From contig CM059438.1 in assembly GCA_030390025.1 (NCBI GenBank), positions 65,784,001 to 65,848,000 of the forward strand: a stretch of DNA of 64,000 nt, read 5' to 3'. Within the stretch, counting starts at the first letter, position 1; every line of letters starts with the position of its first letter. The stretch comes from Squalus acanthias. Lineage: Eukaryota. The notes beneath the pieces are model-generated. The model was not told where the DNA came from and ran no database searches. It saw only the letters and a list, made by a program, of their open reading frames with translations. Positions 48,876 to 64,000 of this stretch are shown one piece after another. Made by a program: the position numbers and the translations under genes.

Positions 48876-49618
48876 GGCCCAGAAATTGATCTCGCTCTGT
48901 TCCCGCGGGGGTAAGCCTTCCCCGCGATGTCTCACCTCGCTTATGCTTTTTCTGATCCAGCTCGCACGAACTTGATGTTCCAGACATCAGCTGTGCTGGG
49001 CTTGCGTATCCCAGCGGTGCAGTTAATTCGTGCGAGCTGTGGGATCACGTGACTCAGTTAGAGCCAATGGCAGCACACCATCTTCCATTCATAAGTCTCA
49101 CAGCATGGCTGTGAGACTTATGAATCTTACACCCCCCCAAAATAACAGCTAAACCTCAATTAAATAAAAAAAAAAAACCATCACATTAATAAAATAAGTA
49201 TAGTTAATTAAATTAACCATTTTAAATAAAAAATTAAATTTTTGAAAAAATTTAAAATCTTTTAAAAAGTTATAAAAATAAACTTACCTGTCTTTAAAGT
49301 CTATAAAAAAGATATACCTGTAAAAAAAAATTCAAAAAAATACTTAATTCACTACTTACCTTCTTAAAAGCGGGTCTTACTCCTCCTTTTTACATTTCCA
49401 AAATCTTCCCTACTTACCTGCGCGTCCAAAGCATGAAGTGCACAGCGTGCGCGCAGCCTGTAGCGCGCACGCGATGCACTCAGGCCCCGCCCCCTTTTCG
49501 GAAGAGCAATTGCCGGTTTTCAGCGCATGCGCAGGGCATGCAGAAAACCGGCAATTGGAGTGGGATACGCGAGAGTACGCAGTGCGTACTCTCGCGTCCC
49601 GGGATCAATTTTCGGCCC
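48876..49618 (+). mobile_element. MITE copy 2
   Basis: GGCCCAGAAATTGATC...GATCAATTTTCGGCCC flanked by ATT/ATT. Confidence 0.8.
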
Positions 49619-52600
49619 ATTGATTTCCTTATCCGCAGTTGGTAAGGAAAACACTGTTTATTTGTTTTACTGGAACTATTTACCGCACTGTCTCTGGGGC
49701 GATCTCTTGCAAACTTACTTCCAAATTCTTTTAGTGGAGATGTGCACCTTTCAATAAGGTAATTTCTAATTGAGCAAGAACAATGCTACAGGAATTCTAC
49801 TGGGCTATTAAGATATAAATACAGAAAATCCTATAAAGCACAGGATATTTTTATTTTTTCCGCAAAGCTGTCATCTGAGAAGACGTGCACGCATTTTCTA
49901 AAAACACTCCTTCTCACTGTATAAAGCACAATGGAATGCCAGAAATCAGTAGCCATAGTTTGATGATGTTGCAGCAAATAAACAAAGGCATCAAAACCCA
50001 AATATGTCAGTGAGAAGTCAGAGATGGAGTGGAGTGTGTCACAGCCTGTAATGTTCCCTGAGTTCCCACTTTTTATCTGGTGAGAATCTATTGTAGTCTT
50101 GTAACGTGTGATCATCATTAATAAATCCAATAGGGAATTCAGGAGAAACTTTGTTACCCAGAGAGTAGTTAGAGTGTGGAACTCGCTACTGTAAGAAGTA
50201 ATTGAGTTGAATAACATAGATGCATTTAAGGGGAAACTAGATTAGCACATGGCGGAGAAAGGAATAGAGGGTTATGCTGCTAGGGTTAGATGAAGAGTCG
50301 TAGGAGCAGGCTTGTATGGAGCATAAACACCGGCATGGACTAGTTGGGCCGAGTGGACTGTTTCTGTGCTGTAAATTCTGTGTAGTACTCCAAGTCATAT
50401 TTTATTCTCCGTGTAATCCGTTCTAAATAATTCTTTGCAATGTTCAATCACAAAATGAGAAGTCAAAACATTTCAGTATTGAGGTACCAGAATCCTCCTG
50501 ACAGTAGTAAAAAACAGAAGTTATAATTTCCAACTCTTAAAACATGTAAACATAGGCCCAGATTTTGCGGTCAGCGGTGAAGTGACGGCGCTCGCCGCTG
50601 ACCTGGAAGAAAGCTGCCCACAAAGATCTAGCGATCTCTGTGGCGTGAATTTCAGTTCTCCTGACATTAATTTCATGCTGGCATCAAGTCTAGTGGAATC
50701 TCCATATTCCAGCAACAGTGATGTCATCAAGCAGGTTAAGCAGCCAATCACATTGAAGAATTCTCGCAGCTAGCAAACCAGGAAGTAAAATGAAGTGATT
50801 TTTCTTCACTTTTTAATATTCTTAGAGAGCGAAATAAAGTTTGGGACTTACACATCGGATTAAGGTAGAAGCTGAAATATCATAAACAAACTTTAAAATT
50901 AAAAAAAAAATTATATGATATTTAAAAACCATGGAATTTTTTTAATTTGGCACTCCACAAATATAAAATAGGTTTTTCAGGGCCAGAACAGTTGTTTAGC
51001 AGTAATTATGAATTAGCATGCCATTAAAAACCCAGTTACAGCTCATTCAACAAGGCTTAACTTTTTGGGGTTTTTTTTAAGTGTGAAATTACAGGGTAAA
51101 AGCTTACATTCTCATCAGCTCAGTGCTTTCTCAAAGATTGCCGGAGATCAACAGCGCACCCTATGGAGAAACGAAGAATCATTGACAGCTATTTCTGGAT
51201 TTCCGCGTTTATGTGCACATGCGCTATTGGCAGAACTTGCTGTCAGTTTCAGAGGGGTAATGACAGCGAATGCTGACAGTTTCACCTGCATGGTATACAT
51301 TGTATGATATGATCATGGAGTGAGTTGAATGCTGTAATCTGATTCCAGCAGTTCAAATGAATCAATCCACTTTAGCTTCTACTTCTTGCTTTTTAAGTTA
51401 ATCTGAAACCCTTGATTAGTTTACAGGCTTTTAATCACTCTCTGATATTCACTGTTGCATATTTAAACCATCTGAACCCATCAATCAGATTACAACCTTG
51501 CAGCTCACCTCCGGTGTATGTTAATCTGCAGGATGCGTCATCAGTATTTCTTTATTAAACTGGATTAGCTATTAAGGAGTATTATTGATATTGTGTGTGA
51601 AGTATGAATTCTGCTTTATTCCGGGCCTAAACCTGTGTACCACATGGTTTTAAAAGAATTTAGGAACTGGGAGCATGGAATGAGCTGCATTTATTCAGTC
51701 TGTTAGGCACCAAAGTTACCAAAGCAATGTCCAAAAAAGAGATATTTTTTGTATATACTGAATTTAGCATTATTGGAGTGTGTTCTTCTGTTTGTTAATT
51801 ACAATGAAATCATAAGTGTGTTCTTTACAAATATGGCTATGATTCAGCTAAAGTAATGTACAGAGGAATCTTTCCCCAGCATGCTAAGGGTAAGTGACTT
51901 GTTATGATGTGACACTTACGATAAATCCATTTCGGCACTTATTGTGTGAAGCACAACTTGTTTCCTGAGAAAAGCAATTTTGCTCAAAAGGTCCCAGAAG
52001 CAGTGGCAGTTCTGGTTTTGAGTCAGTGATCCCTGTTCCTTCTGAGACCATTCCCTAAGCAATCTCTGTGCACCCACCCTCCACCACACCTTGTAACGGC
52101 AGAAATGAGAGGGAGCAGAATGAGCATGCATCTGAAGAGCACAAACATGCTGCAGGATAGTGGGTGAAAAAGTGAGCACAGCATCAGCACGATCGGTGTA
52201 CAGCATTAGATGTTGAGCCAATATACTGATTGTGAATAGAGGAGAAAGGCTGGTGTGATAAAATACAAATTAAGACAAAATGGGGCAGAGGAAGAGAGGG
52301 AGCATGTCTGAAAGTCAAACGGCGAGGATTGAACATTGGAAAATGAATGGAGACAAATATTCTGATGATTTGCAGATCATGGCCTGTGGAAGGAGTCAGC
52401 TTCAAGGTTCAAGCAGCCTCATCTTGGTCCAGGCTTTATAATATTCTTAAACTGTTGAGTTAGCAAGTTAGGTTTCCTTGATAGAGTATATATGCATTTA
52501 CAACATGTCTATTTTCAAAATATTTTTTCTTTCATCCCATTGTAGGCAGTTATGTTCTGTATGGAAGTACACCTTGTGCCACACATCATTCTCCAAATGA

Positions 52601-52635
52601 TGGGCAGCTACCAGTGCCTATATGGGAAGATATTT

Positions 52636-53740
52636 CGGATAAGACGTTAAACCAAGGCCCCGCCTGCTCTCTCAGGCGGACGTAAAAGATCCCATGGCAC
52701 TATTTCGAAGAAGAGCTGGGGAGTTATCCCTGGTGCCCTGGCCAATATTTATCTCTCAACCAACACAACAAAAACAGAATGGCCCAGAAATTGGAGTTCG
52801 ATGGTTGCCGCGGGGGTAAGGATCCCCCGAGATATCGCACTCCGCGCCTACCTTTATGGTTTTGGCCCGCACGAACTTCAGTTCCTGGGCCTCTCCCTGG
52901 TGCTGGCGCGCAGTGTGTGCATGTCCCAGAGGCGCAGTTTCGTGCGATGCGACCTCTGGGATCACGTGGGCCAGTTAGAGCCAATGGCAGCACACCATCT
53001 TTCATTCATAGTTTTGACAGCAAGAGCTGTCAAAACTATGAATACAACAAGCCCCCAAAAGAACAGCTAAACCTCAATTAATTTTTTTTTAAAAGCCATC
53101 ACATTAATAAAATAACTATAGTTAAATAAATTAACCACTTAAAACAAAAATTTAAATTTTTGAAAAATTTTTAATTCTTTTTAAAAGTTATAAAAATAAA
53201 CTTACCTTTCTTTAAAGTATCTAAAAAAGATAAACCTGTTGAAAAAAAATTAAAATAATACTTAATTAACTACTTACCTTGTTAAAAGGGGGTCTTACGC
53301 CTGCTTTCTTTATGTGTAAAATCTCCAACACTTACCTGCGCGTTCAAACCTGAAAAAAAAACTAAGTGTGCTGCGTGCGCACAACCTATAGCGTGCACAC
53401 GGTTCACTTAGGAACCGCCCCCTTTGCCATACCTGAAGTGCCGGTTTCCCGCGCATGCGCAGTGCATGCAGGAAACCGGCACTTCGGAACCTAATACGCG
53501 AGAGTACACAATGCGTACTCTCCCGCATTAGGTCTAATTTTCGGACCATTATCTGGTCATTATCACATTGCTGTTTGTGGGAGCTTGTTGTGCACAATTG
53601 GCTGCCGTGTTTCCCACGTTATAACAGTGGCTCCACTTCAAAAGTACTTCATTGGCTGTAAAGCGCTTTGAGACGTCCGGTGGTCATGAAAGGCACTACA
53701 TAAATGCAAGTATTTCTTTCTTTCTTTTCTTTCTTTCTTT
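52636..53740 (+). mobile_element. 5'-truncated DeuSINE split by MITE copy 3
   Basis: TTCGGATAAGACGTTAAACC...AAAACAGA|MITE|ATTATCTGGTCATTATC...ATAAATGCAAGT. Confidence 0.8.
52781..53547 (+). mobile_element. MITE copy 3
   Basis: GGCCCAGAAATT...AATTTTCGGACC flanked by AAT/ATT. Confidence 0.8.
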
Positions 53741-54196
53741 TATGTTGCATTGATTTGCAAAATATTCCTGTTCCTCAAGGGCAGTGTCTCAACTCAACAC
53801 ATCTTCGATATATTCGATCCCGTGCAAAGTCCAGAAATGTGATTACGGTAGAAGAACCGTACTTTACCTTTGTGAGGCACATTATCAACATGCACGAAGG
53901 AACCTAATGAAAAAAAAATACTTAACAAATATAGGAGAATGGAAGCCAGTGCAATGCAGAAGCGAGAAAGTCACTTTTGCAGTTTGGTACACATCCAATG
54001 GAGAAACCTGAAAGTAATAAAATGAAAAGTCAACTTTCCTCTTCTACGGTTAATCTATAAAAATCCTACCCTGTTGACAAGTTTTTACTTTCTGATTTGT
54101 CATATCTTCCTTTGGGGCTCTATTCAAGCACAATGATATTGTAAATGATTGCACTCAGCCCTTCAGCTAGACTTTCTAACCAAAACCATCAAACCT

Positions 54197-57100
54197 TCAA
54201 TCATCAACACTCAAACAAGCAATAGCAAAATCATCAACATTCGAATTATCAACAATCCAATCATCAACAAACCAATCATCAACAATCCAATCATCAACAA
54301 ACCAATCATCAACACTCCAATCATCAACACTCCAATCATCAACAATCCAATCATCAACACTCCAATCATCCACAATCCAATCATCAACACTCCAATCATC
54401 AACATTCCAATCATCAACACTCCAATCATCAACACTCCAATCATCAACAATCCAATCATCAACACTCCAATCATCAACAATCCAATCATCAACACTCCAA
54501 TCATCAACACTCCAATCATCAACACTCCAATCATCAACAATCCAATCATCAACACTCCAATCATCAACACTCCAATCATCAACACTCCAATCATCAACAC
54601 TCCAATCATCAACACTCCAATCATCAACAATCCAATCATCAACAATCCAATCATCAACACTCCAATCATCAACACTCCAATCATCAACACTCCAATCATC
54701 AACACTCCAATCATCAACACTCCAATCATCAACAATCCAATCATCAACACTCCAATCATCAACACTCCAATCATCAACACTCCAATCATCAACACTCCAA
54801 TCATCAACACTCCAATCATCAACACTCCAATCATCAACAATCCAATCATCAACACTCCAATCACCAACACTCCAATCATCAACAATCCAATCATCAACAC
54901 TCCAATCATCCACAATCCAATCATCAACACTCCAATCATCAACACTCCAATCATCAACATTCCAATCATCAACAATCCAATCATCAACACTCCAATCATC
55001 AACACTCCAATCATCAACACTCCAATCATCAACACTCCAATCATCAACAATCCAATCATCAACAATCCAATCATCAACACTCCAATCATCAACACTCCAA
55101 TCATCAACACTCCAATCATCAACAATCCAATCATCAACACTCCAATCATCAACAATCCAATCATGAACACTCCAATCATCAACAATCCAATCATCAACAA
55201 TCCAATCATCAACACTCCAACCATCAACAATCCAATCATCAACAATCCAATCATCAACACTCCAATCATCAACAATCCAATCATGAACACTCCAATCATC
55301 AACAATCCAATCATCAACAATCCAATCATCAACACTCCAACCATCAACAATCCAATCATCAACAATCCAATCATCAACAATCCAATCATCAACAATCCAA
55401 TCATCAACACTCCAATCATCAACACTCAAATCATCAACAATCCAATCATCAACACTCCAATCATCAACACTCAAATCATCCACAATCCAATCATCAACAC
55501 TCCAATCATCAACACTCCAACCATCAACAATCCAATCATCAACAATCCAATCATCAACAATCCAATCATCAACAATCCAATCATCAACACTCCAATCATC
55601 AACACTCCAATCATCAACACTCCAATCATCAACACTCCAATCATCCACAATCCAATCATCAACACTCCAATCATCAACACTCCAACCATCAACAATCCAA
55701 TCATCAACAATCCAATCCTCAACAATCCAATCATCAACAATCCAATCATCAACACTCCAATCATCAACACTCCAATCATCAACACTCCAATCATCAACAC
55801 TCCAATCATCAACATTCCAATCATCAACACTCCAATCATCAACACTACAATCATCAGCAATCCAATCATCAACACTCCAATCATCAACAATCCAATCATC
55901 AACACTCCAATCATCAACACTCCAATCATCAACATTCCAATCATCAACACTCCAATCATCAACACTACAATCATCAGCAATCCAATCATCAACACTCCAA
56001 TCATCAACAATCCAATCATCAACACTCCAATCATCAACACTCCAATCATCAACATTCCAATCATCAACATTCCAATCATCAACACTCCAATCATCAACAC
56101 TCCAATCATCAACAATCCAATCATCAACACTCCAATCATCAACACTCCAATCATCAACACTCCAATCATCAACACTCCAATCATCAACATTCCAATCATC
56201 AACACTCCAATCATCAACACTCCAATCATCAACACTCCAATCATCAACACTCCAATCATCAACAATCCAATCATCAACAATCCAATCATCAACAATCCAA
56301 TCATCAACACTCCAATCATCAACACTCCAATCATCAACACTCCAATCATCAACACTCCAATCATCAACACTCCAATCATCAACACTCCAATCATCAACAC
56401 TCCAATCATCAACACTCCAATCATCAACACTCCAATCATCAACACTCCAATCATCAACACTCCAATCATCAACACTCCAATCATCAACACTCCAATCATC
56501 AACACTCCAATCATCAACAATCCAATCATCAACACTCCAATCATCAACAATCCAATCATCAACACTCCAATCATCAACACTCCAATCATCAACACTCCAA
56601 TCATCAACACTCCAATCATCAACAATCCAATCATCAACACTCCAATCATCAACACTCCAATCATCAACACTCCAATCATCAACACTCCAATCATCAACAA
56701 TCCAATCATCAACAATCCAATCATCAACACTCCAATCATCAACACTCCAATCATCAACAATCCAATCATCAACAATCCAATCATCAACAATCCAATCATC
56801 AACACTCCAATCATCAACACTCCAATCATCAACAATCCAATCATCAACACTCCAATCATCAACACTCCAATCATCAACACTCCAATCATCAACACTCCAA
56901 TCATCAACACTCCAATCATCAACACTCCAATCATCAACAATCCAATCATCAACACTCCAATCATCAACACTCCAATCATCAACACTCCAATCATCAACAC
57001 TCCAATCATCAACACTCCAATCATCAACACTCCAATCATCAACACTCCAATCATCAACAATCCAATCATCAACACTCCAATCATCAACACTCCAATCATC

Positions 57101-60100
57101 AACACTCCAATCATCAACACTCCAATCATCAACAATCCAATCATCAACAATCCAATCATCAACACTCCAATCATCAACACTCCAATCATCAACACTCCAA
57201 TCATCAACACTCCAATCATCAACACTCCAATCATCAACACTCCAATCATCAACACTCCAATCATCAACACTCCAATCATCAACAATCCAATCATCAACAC
57301 TCCAATCATCAACAATCCAATCATCAACACTCCAATCATCAACACTCCAATCATCAACACTCCAATCATCAACACTCCAATCATCAACACTCCAATCATC
57401 AACACTCCAATCATCAACAATCCAATCATCAACACTCCAATCATCAACAATCCAATCATCAACACTCCAATCATCAACACTCCAATCATCAACACTCCAA
57501 TCATCAACACTCCAATCATCAACACTCCAATCATCAACACTCCAATCATCAACAATCCAATCATCAACACTCCAATCATCAACACTCCAATCATCAACAC
57601 TCCAATCATCAACAATCCAATCATCAACACTCCAATCATCAACACTCCAATCATCAACAATCCAATCATCAACACTCCAATCATCAACACTCCAATCATC
57701 AACACTCCAATCATCAACAATCCAATCATCAACACTCCAATCATCAACACTCCAATCATCAACACTCCAATCATCAACACTCCAATCATCAACACTCCAA
57801 TCATCAACACTCCAATCATCAACACTCCAATCATCAACACTCCAATCATCAACACTCCAATCATCAACACTCCAATCATCAACACTCCAATCATCAACAC
57901 TCCAATCATCAACACTCCAATCATCAACACTCCAATCATCAACACTCCAATCATCAACACTCCAATCATCAACACTCCAATCATCAACACTCCAATCATC
58001 AACAATCCAATCATCAACACTCCAATCATCAACACTCCAATCATCAACACTCCAATCATCAACAATCCAATCATCAACACTCCAATCATCAACACTCCAA
58101 TCATCAACAATCCAATCATCAACACTCCAATCATCAACAATCCAATCATCAACACTCCAATCATCAACAATCCAATCATCAACACTCCAATCATCAACAC
58201 TCCAATCATCAACACTCCAATCATCAACACTCCAATCATCAACAATCCAATCATCAACACTCCAATCATCAACACTCCAATCATCAACAATCCAATCATC
58301 AACACTCCAATCATCAACACTCCAATCATCAACACTCCAATCATCAACACTCCAATCATCAACACTCCAATCATCAACACTCCAATCATCAACACTCCAA
58401 TCATCAACACTCCAATCATCAACAATCCAATCATCAACACTCCAATCATCAACACTCCAATCATCAACACTCCAATCATCAACACTCCAATCATCAACAC
58501 TCCAATCATCAACAATCCAATCATCACACTCCAATCATCAACACTCCAATCATCAACACTCCAATCATCAACACTCCAATCATCAACAATCCAATCATCA
58601 ACACTCCAATCATCAACACTCCAATCATCAACACTCCAATCATCAACACTCCAATCATCAACACTCCAATCATCAACACTCCAATCATCAACACTCCAAT
58701 CATCAACACTCCAATCATCAACAATCCAATCATCAACACTCCAATCATCAACACTCCAATCATCAACACTCCAATCATCAACACTCCAATCATCAACACT
58801 CCAATCATCAACACTCCAATCATCAACACTCCAATCATCAACACTCCAATCATCAACACTCCAATCATCAACATTCCAATCATCAACACTCCAATCATCA
58901 ACACTCCAATCATCAACACTCCAATCATCAACACTCCAATCATCAACACTCCAATCATCAACACTCCAATCATCAACACTCCAATCATCAACAATCCAAT
59001 CATCAACACTCCAATCATCAACACTCCAATCATCAACACTCCAATCATCAACAATCCAATCATCAACACTCCAATCATCAACACTCCAATCATCAACACT
59101 CCAATCATCAACACTCCAATCATCAACACTCCAATCATCAACAATCCAATCATCAACACTCCAATCATCAACAATCCAATCATCAACACTCCAATCATCA
59201 ACACTCCAATCATCAACAATCCAATCATCAACACTCCAATCATCAACAATCCAATCATCAACACTCCAATCATCAACACTCCAATCATCAACAATCCAAT
59301 CATCAACACTCCAATCATCAACACTCCAATCATCAACACTCCAATCATCAACACTCCAATCATCAACACTCCAATCATCAACACTCCAATCATCAACACT
59401 CCAATCATCAACACTCCAATCATCAACACTCCAATCATCAACACTCCAATCATCAACACTCCAATCATCAACACTCCAATCATCAACACTCCAATCATCA
59501 ACACTCCAATCATCAACACTCCAATCATCAACACTCCAATCATCAACACTCCAATCATCAACACTCCAATCATCAACAATCCAATCATCAACACTCCAAT
59601 CATCAACACTCCAATCATCAACACTCCAATCATCAACACTCCAATCATCAACACTCCAATCATCAACACTCCAATCATCAACACTCCAATCATCAACAAT
59701 CCAATCATCAACACTCCAATCATCAACACTCCAATCATCAACACTCCAATCATCAACACTCCAATCATCAACACTCCAATCATCAACACTCCAATCATCA
59801 ACACTCCAATCATCAACACTCCAATCATCAACACTCCAATCATCAACAATCCAATCATCAACACTCCAATCATCAACACTCCAATCATCAACACTCCAAT
59901 CATCAACACTCCAATCATCAACACTCCAATCATCAACAATCCAATCATCAACACTCCAATCATCAACACTCCAATCATCAACACTCCAATCATCAACACT
60001 CCAATCATCAACAATCCAATCATCAACACTCCAATCATCAACAATCCAATCATCAACACTCCAATCATCAACACTCCAATCATCAACACTCCAATCATCA

Positions 60101-63100
60101 ACACTCCAATCATCAACACTCCAATCATCAACAATCCAATCATCAACACTCCAATCATCAACACTCCAATCATCAACACTCCAATCATCAACACTCCAAT
60201 CATCAACACTCCAATCATCAACACTCCAATCATCAACAATCCAATCATCAACACTCCAATCATCAACACTCCAATCATCAACACTCCAATCATCAACACT
60301 CCAATCATCAACACTCCAATCATCAACACTCCAATCATCAACACTCCAATCATCAACACTCCAATCATCAACACTCCAATCATCAACACTCCAATCATCA
60401 ACACTCCAATCATCAACACTCCAATCATCAACACTCCAATCATCAACACTCCAATCATCAACACTCCAATCATCAACACTCCAATCATCAACACTCCAAT
60501 CATCAACAATCCAATCATCAACACTCCAATCATCAACAATCCAATCATCAACACTCCAATCATCAACACTCCAATCATCAACAATCCAATCATCAACACT
60601 CCAATCATCAACACTCCAATCATCAACACTCCAATCATCAACACTCCAATCATCAACACTCCAATCATCAACACTCCAATCATCAACACTCCAATCATCA
60701 ACACTCCAATCATCAACACTCCAATCATCAACACTCCAATCATCAACACTCCAATCATCAACACTCCAATCATCAACACTCCAATCATCAACAATCCAAT
60801 CATCAACACTCCAATCATCAACACTCCAATCATCAACAATCCAATCATCAACACTCCAATCATCAACACTCCATCATCATCAATCATCACACTCCAATCA
60901 TCAACACTCCAATCATCAACACTCCAATCATCAACACTCCAATCATCAACACTCCAATCATCAACACTCCAATCATCAACACTCCAATCATCAACACTCC
61001 AATCATCAACAATCCAATCATCAACACTCCAATCATCAACACTCCAATCATCAACACTCCAATCATCAACACTCCAATCATCAACAATCCAATCATCAAC
61101 ACTCCAATCATCAACACTCCAATCATCAACACTCCAATCATCAACACTCCAATCATCAACACTCCAATCATCAACACTCCAATCATCAACACTCCAATCA
61201 TCAACACTCCAATCATCAACACTCCAATCATCAACACTCCAATCATCAACACTCCAATCATCAACACTCCAATCATCAACACTCCAATCATCAACACTCC
61301 AATCATCAACAATCCAATCATCAACACTCCAATCATCAACACTCCAATCATCAACAATCCAATCATCAACACTCCAATCATCAACACTCCAATCATCAAC
61401 ACTCCAATCATCAACACTCCAATCATCAACACTCCAATCATCAACACTCCAATCATCAACACTCCAATCATCAACAATCCAATCATCAACACTCCAATCA
61501 TCAACAATCCAATCATCAACACTCCAATCATCAACAATCCAATCATCAACACTCCAATCATCAACACTCCAATCATCAACACTCCAATCATCAACAATCC
61601 AATCATCAACACTCCAATCATCAACAATCCAATCATCAACACTCCAATCATCAACACTCCAATCATCAACACTCCAATCATCAACACTCCAATCATCAAC
61701 AATCCAATCATCAACACTCCAATCATCAACACTCCAATCATCAACACTCCAATCATCAACACTCCAATCATCAACAATCCAATCATCAACACTCCAATCA
61801 TCAACACTCCAATCATCAACACTCCAATCATCAACACTCCAATCATCAACACTCCAATCATCAACACTCCAATCATCAACACTCCAATCATCAACAATCC
61901 AATCATCAACACTCCAATCATCAACACTCCAATCATCAACAATCCAATCATCAACACTCCAATCATCAACACTCCAATCATCAACACTCCAATCATCAAC
62001 AATCCAATCATCAACACTCCAATCATCAACACTCCAATCATCAACACTCCAATCATCAACACTCCAATCATCAACACTCCAATCATCAACACTCCAATCA
62101 TCAACACTCCAATCATCAACACTCCAATCATCAACACTCCAATCATCAACACTCCAATCATCAACACTCCAATCATCAACACTCCAATCATCAACACTCC
62201 AATCATCAACAATCCAATCATCAACACTCCAATCATCAACACTCCAATCATCAACACTCCAATCATCAACACTCCAATCATCAACACTCCAATCATCAAC
62301 ACTCCAATCATCAACACTCCAATCATCAACACTCCAATCATCAACACTCCAATCATCAACACTCCAATCATCAACACTCCAATCATCAACACTCCAATCA
62401 TCAACAATCCAATCATCAACACTCCAATCATCAACACTCCAATCATCAACAATCCAATCATCAACACTCCAATCATCAACACTCCAATCATCATCAACTC
62501 CAATCATCAACATCCAATCATCAACATTCCAATCATCAACACTCCAATCATCAACACTCCAATCATCAAAAATCCCATCATCAACACTCCAATCATCAAC
62601 ACTCCAATCATCAACACTCAATCATCAACACTCCATTCATCAACACTCCAATCATCAACACTCCAATCATCAACACTCCAATCATCAACACTCCAATCAT
62701 CAACATTCCAATCATCAACACTCCAATCATCAACACTCCAATCATCAACACTCCAATCATCAACACTCCATCATCAACACTCCAATCATCAACAAGCCAA
62801 TCATCAACACTCCAATCATCAACACTCCAATCATCAACACTCCAATCTCACACTCCAATCATCAACACTCCAATCATCAACACTCCAATCATCAACACTC
62901 CAATCATCAACACTCCAATCATCAAAACTCCAATCATCAACACTCCAATCATCAACACTCCAATCATCAACACTCAATCATCAACACTCCAATCATCAAC
63001 ACTCAATCATCAACAGTCCAATCATCAACACTCCAATCATCAACACTCCAATCATCAACACTCCAATCATCAACACTCCAATCATCAACACTCCAATCAT

Positions 63101-64000
63101 CAACACTCCAATCATCAACACTCCAATCATCAACACTCCAATCATCAACACTCCAATCATCAACACTCCAATCATCAACAATCCAATCATCAACACTCCA
63201 ATCATCAACACTCCAATCATCAACACTCCAATCATCAACACTCCAATCATCAACACTCCAATCATCAACACTCCAATCATCAACAATCCAATCATCAACA
63301 CTCCAATCATCAACACTCCAATCATCAACACTCCAATCATCAACACTCCAATCATCAACACTCCAATCATCAACACTCCAATCATCAACACTCCAATCAT
63401 CAACACTCCAATCATCAACACTCCAATCATCAACACTCCAATCATCAACAATCCAATCATCAACACTCCAATCATCAACACTCCAATCATCAACACTCCA
63501 ATCATCAACACTCCAATCATCAACACTCCAATCATCAACACTCCAATCATCAACAATCCAATCATCAACACTCCAATCATCAACACTCCAATCATCAACA
63601 ATCCAATCATCAACACTCCAATCATCAACACTCCAATCATCAACACTCCAATCATCAACACTCCAATCATCAACACTCCAATCATCAACACTCCAATCAT
63701 CAACACTCCAATCATCAACACTCCAATCATCAACACTCCAATCATCAACACTCCAATCATCAACACTCCAATCATCAACACTCCAATCATCAACACTCCA
63801 ATCATCAACACTCCAATCATCAACACTCCAATCATCAACACTCCAATCATCAACACTCCAATCATCAACACTCCAATCATCAACACTCCAATCATCAACA
63901 CTCCAATCATCAACACTCCAATCATCAACAATCCAATCATCAACACTCCAATCATCAACACTCCAATCATCAACACTCCAATCATCAACACTCCAATCAT
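54197..64000. repeat. 15-bp tandem satellite (TCCAATCATCAACAC/A)n, at least 9.8 kb, open at the window edge
   Basis: Directly visible; roughly 650 units, nearly G-free on the + strand. Confidence 0.99.

Noticed and set aside
52546..52640. Possible host exon after a pyrimidine tract and TAG (similar candidates near 45930 and 47535)
   Set aside because: No recognisable protein and no clear donor before the SINE; cannot be supported without RNA-seq or homology.
54197..64000. Huge ORFs (DDWSV)n and (MIGVL)n of up to 1445 aa
   Set aside because: A 15-bp unit is stop-free in five of six frames by arithmetic. Frames switch at indels, and there is no unique coding flank or splice context, so this is satellite rather than a gene.

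Overview
Repeat-dense vertebrate genomic DNA. The host is probably a cartilaginous fish, inferred from DeuSINE/SacSINE1-like SINEs and CR1, L2 and Penelope fragments. I found no convincing host exon. The centrepiece is a nested pair of related, unusual endogenous retroviruses. (1) A very young, apparently intact 12.7-kb provirus (23148-35857) has near-identical 1.65-kb LTRs, a 4-bp TSD (TGAC) and a perfect tRNA-Arg(UCG) PBS that overlaps the gag ATG. Its gag and pol are in one frame, separated only by UGA-CUAG. Pol is retrovirus-type with a tether plus a second RNase H. Env has an Ig-like domain and a long, Cys-rich, F-protein-like fusion subunit, consistent with a lokiretrovirus-like or spuma-adjacent lineage. 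(2) It sits inside the gag of an older, degraded, pol-less relative (17988-42337, TSD AATG) whose 5' LTR is split by a CR1 LINE. Also present: three Penelope-type minimal hammerhead ribozymes, three related MITEs (two at the same SINE position), a decayed Gypsy element inside a SINE, many LINE/SINE fragments, and a 15-bp satellite of at least 9.8 kb running off the right end. All comparisons were made by eye; no searches were run.
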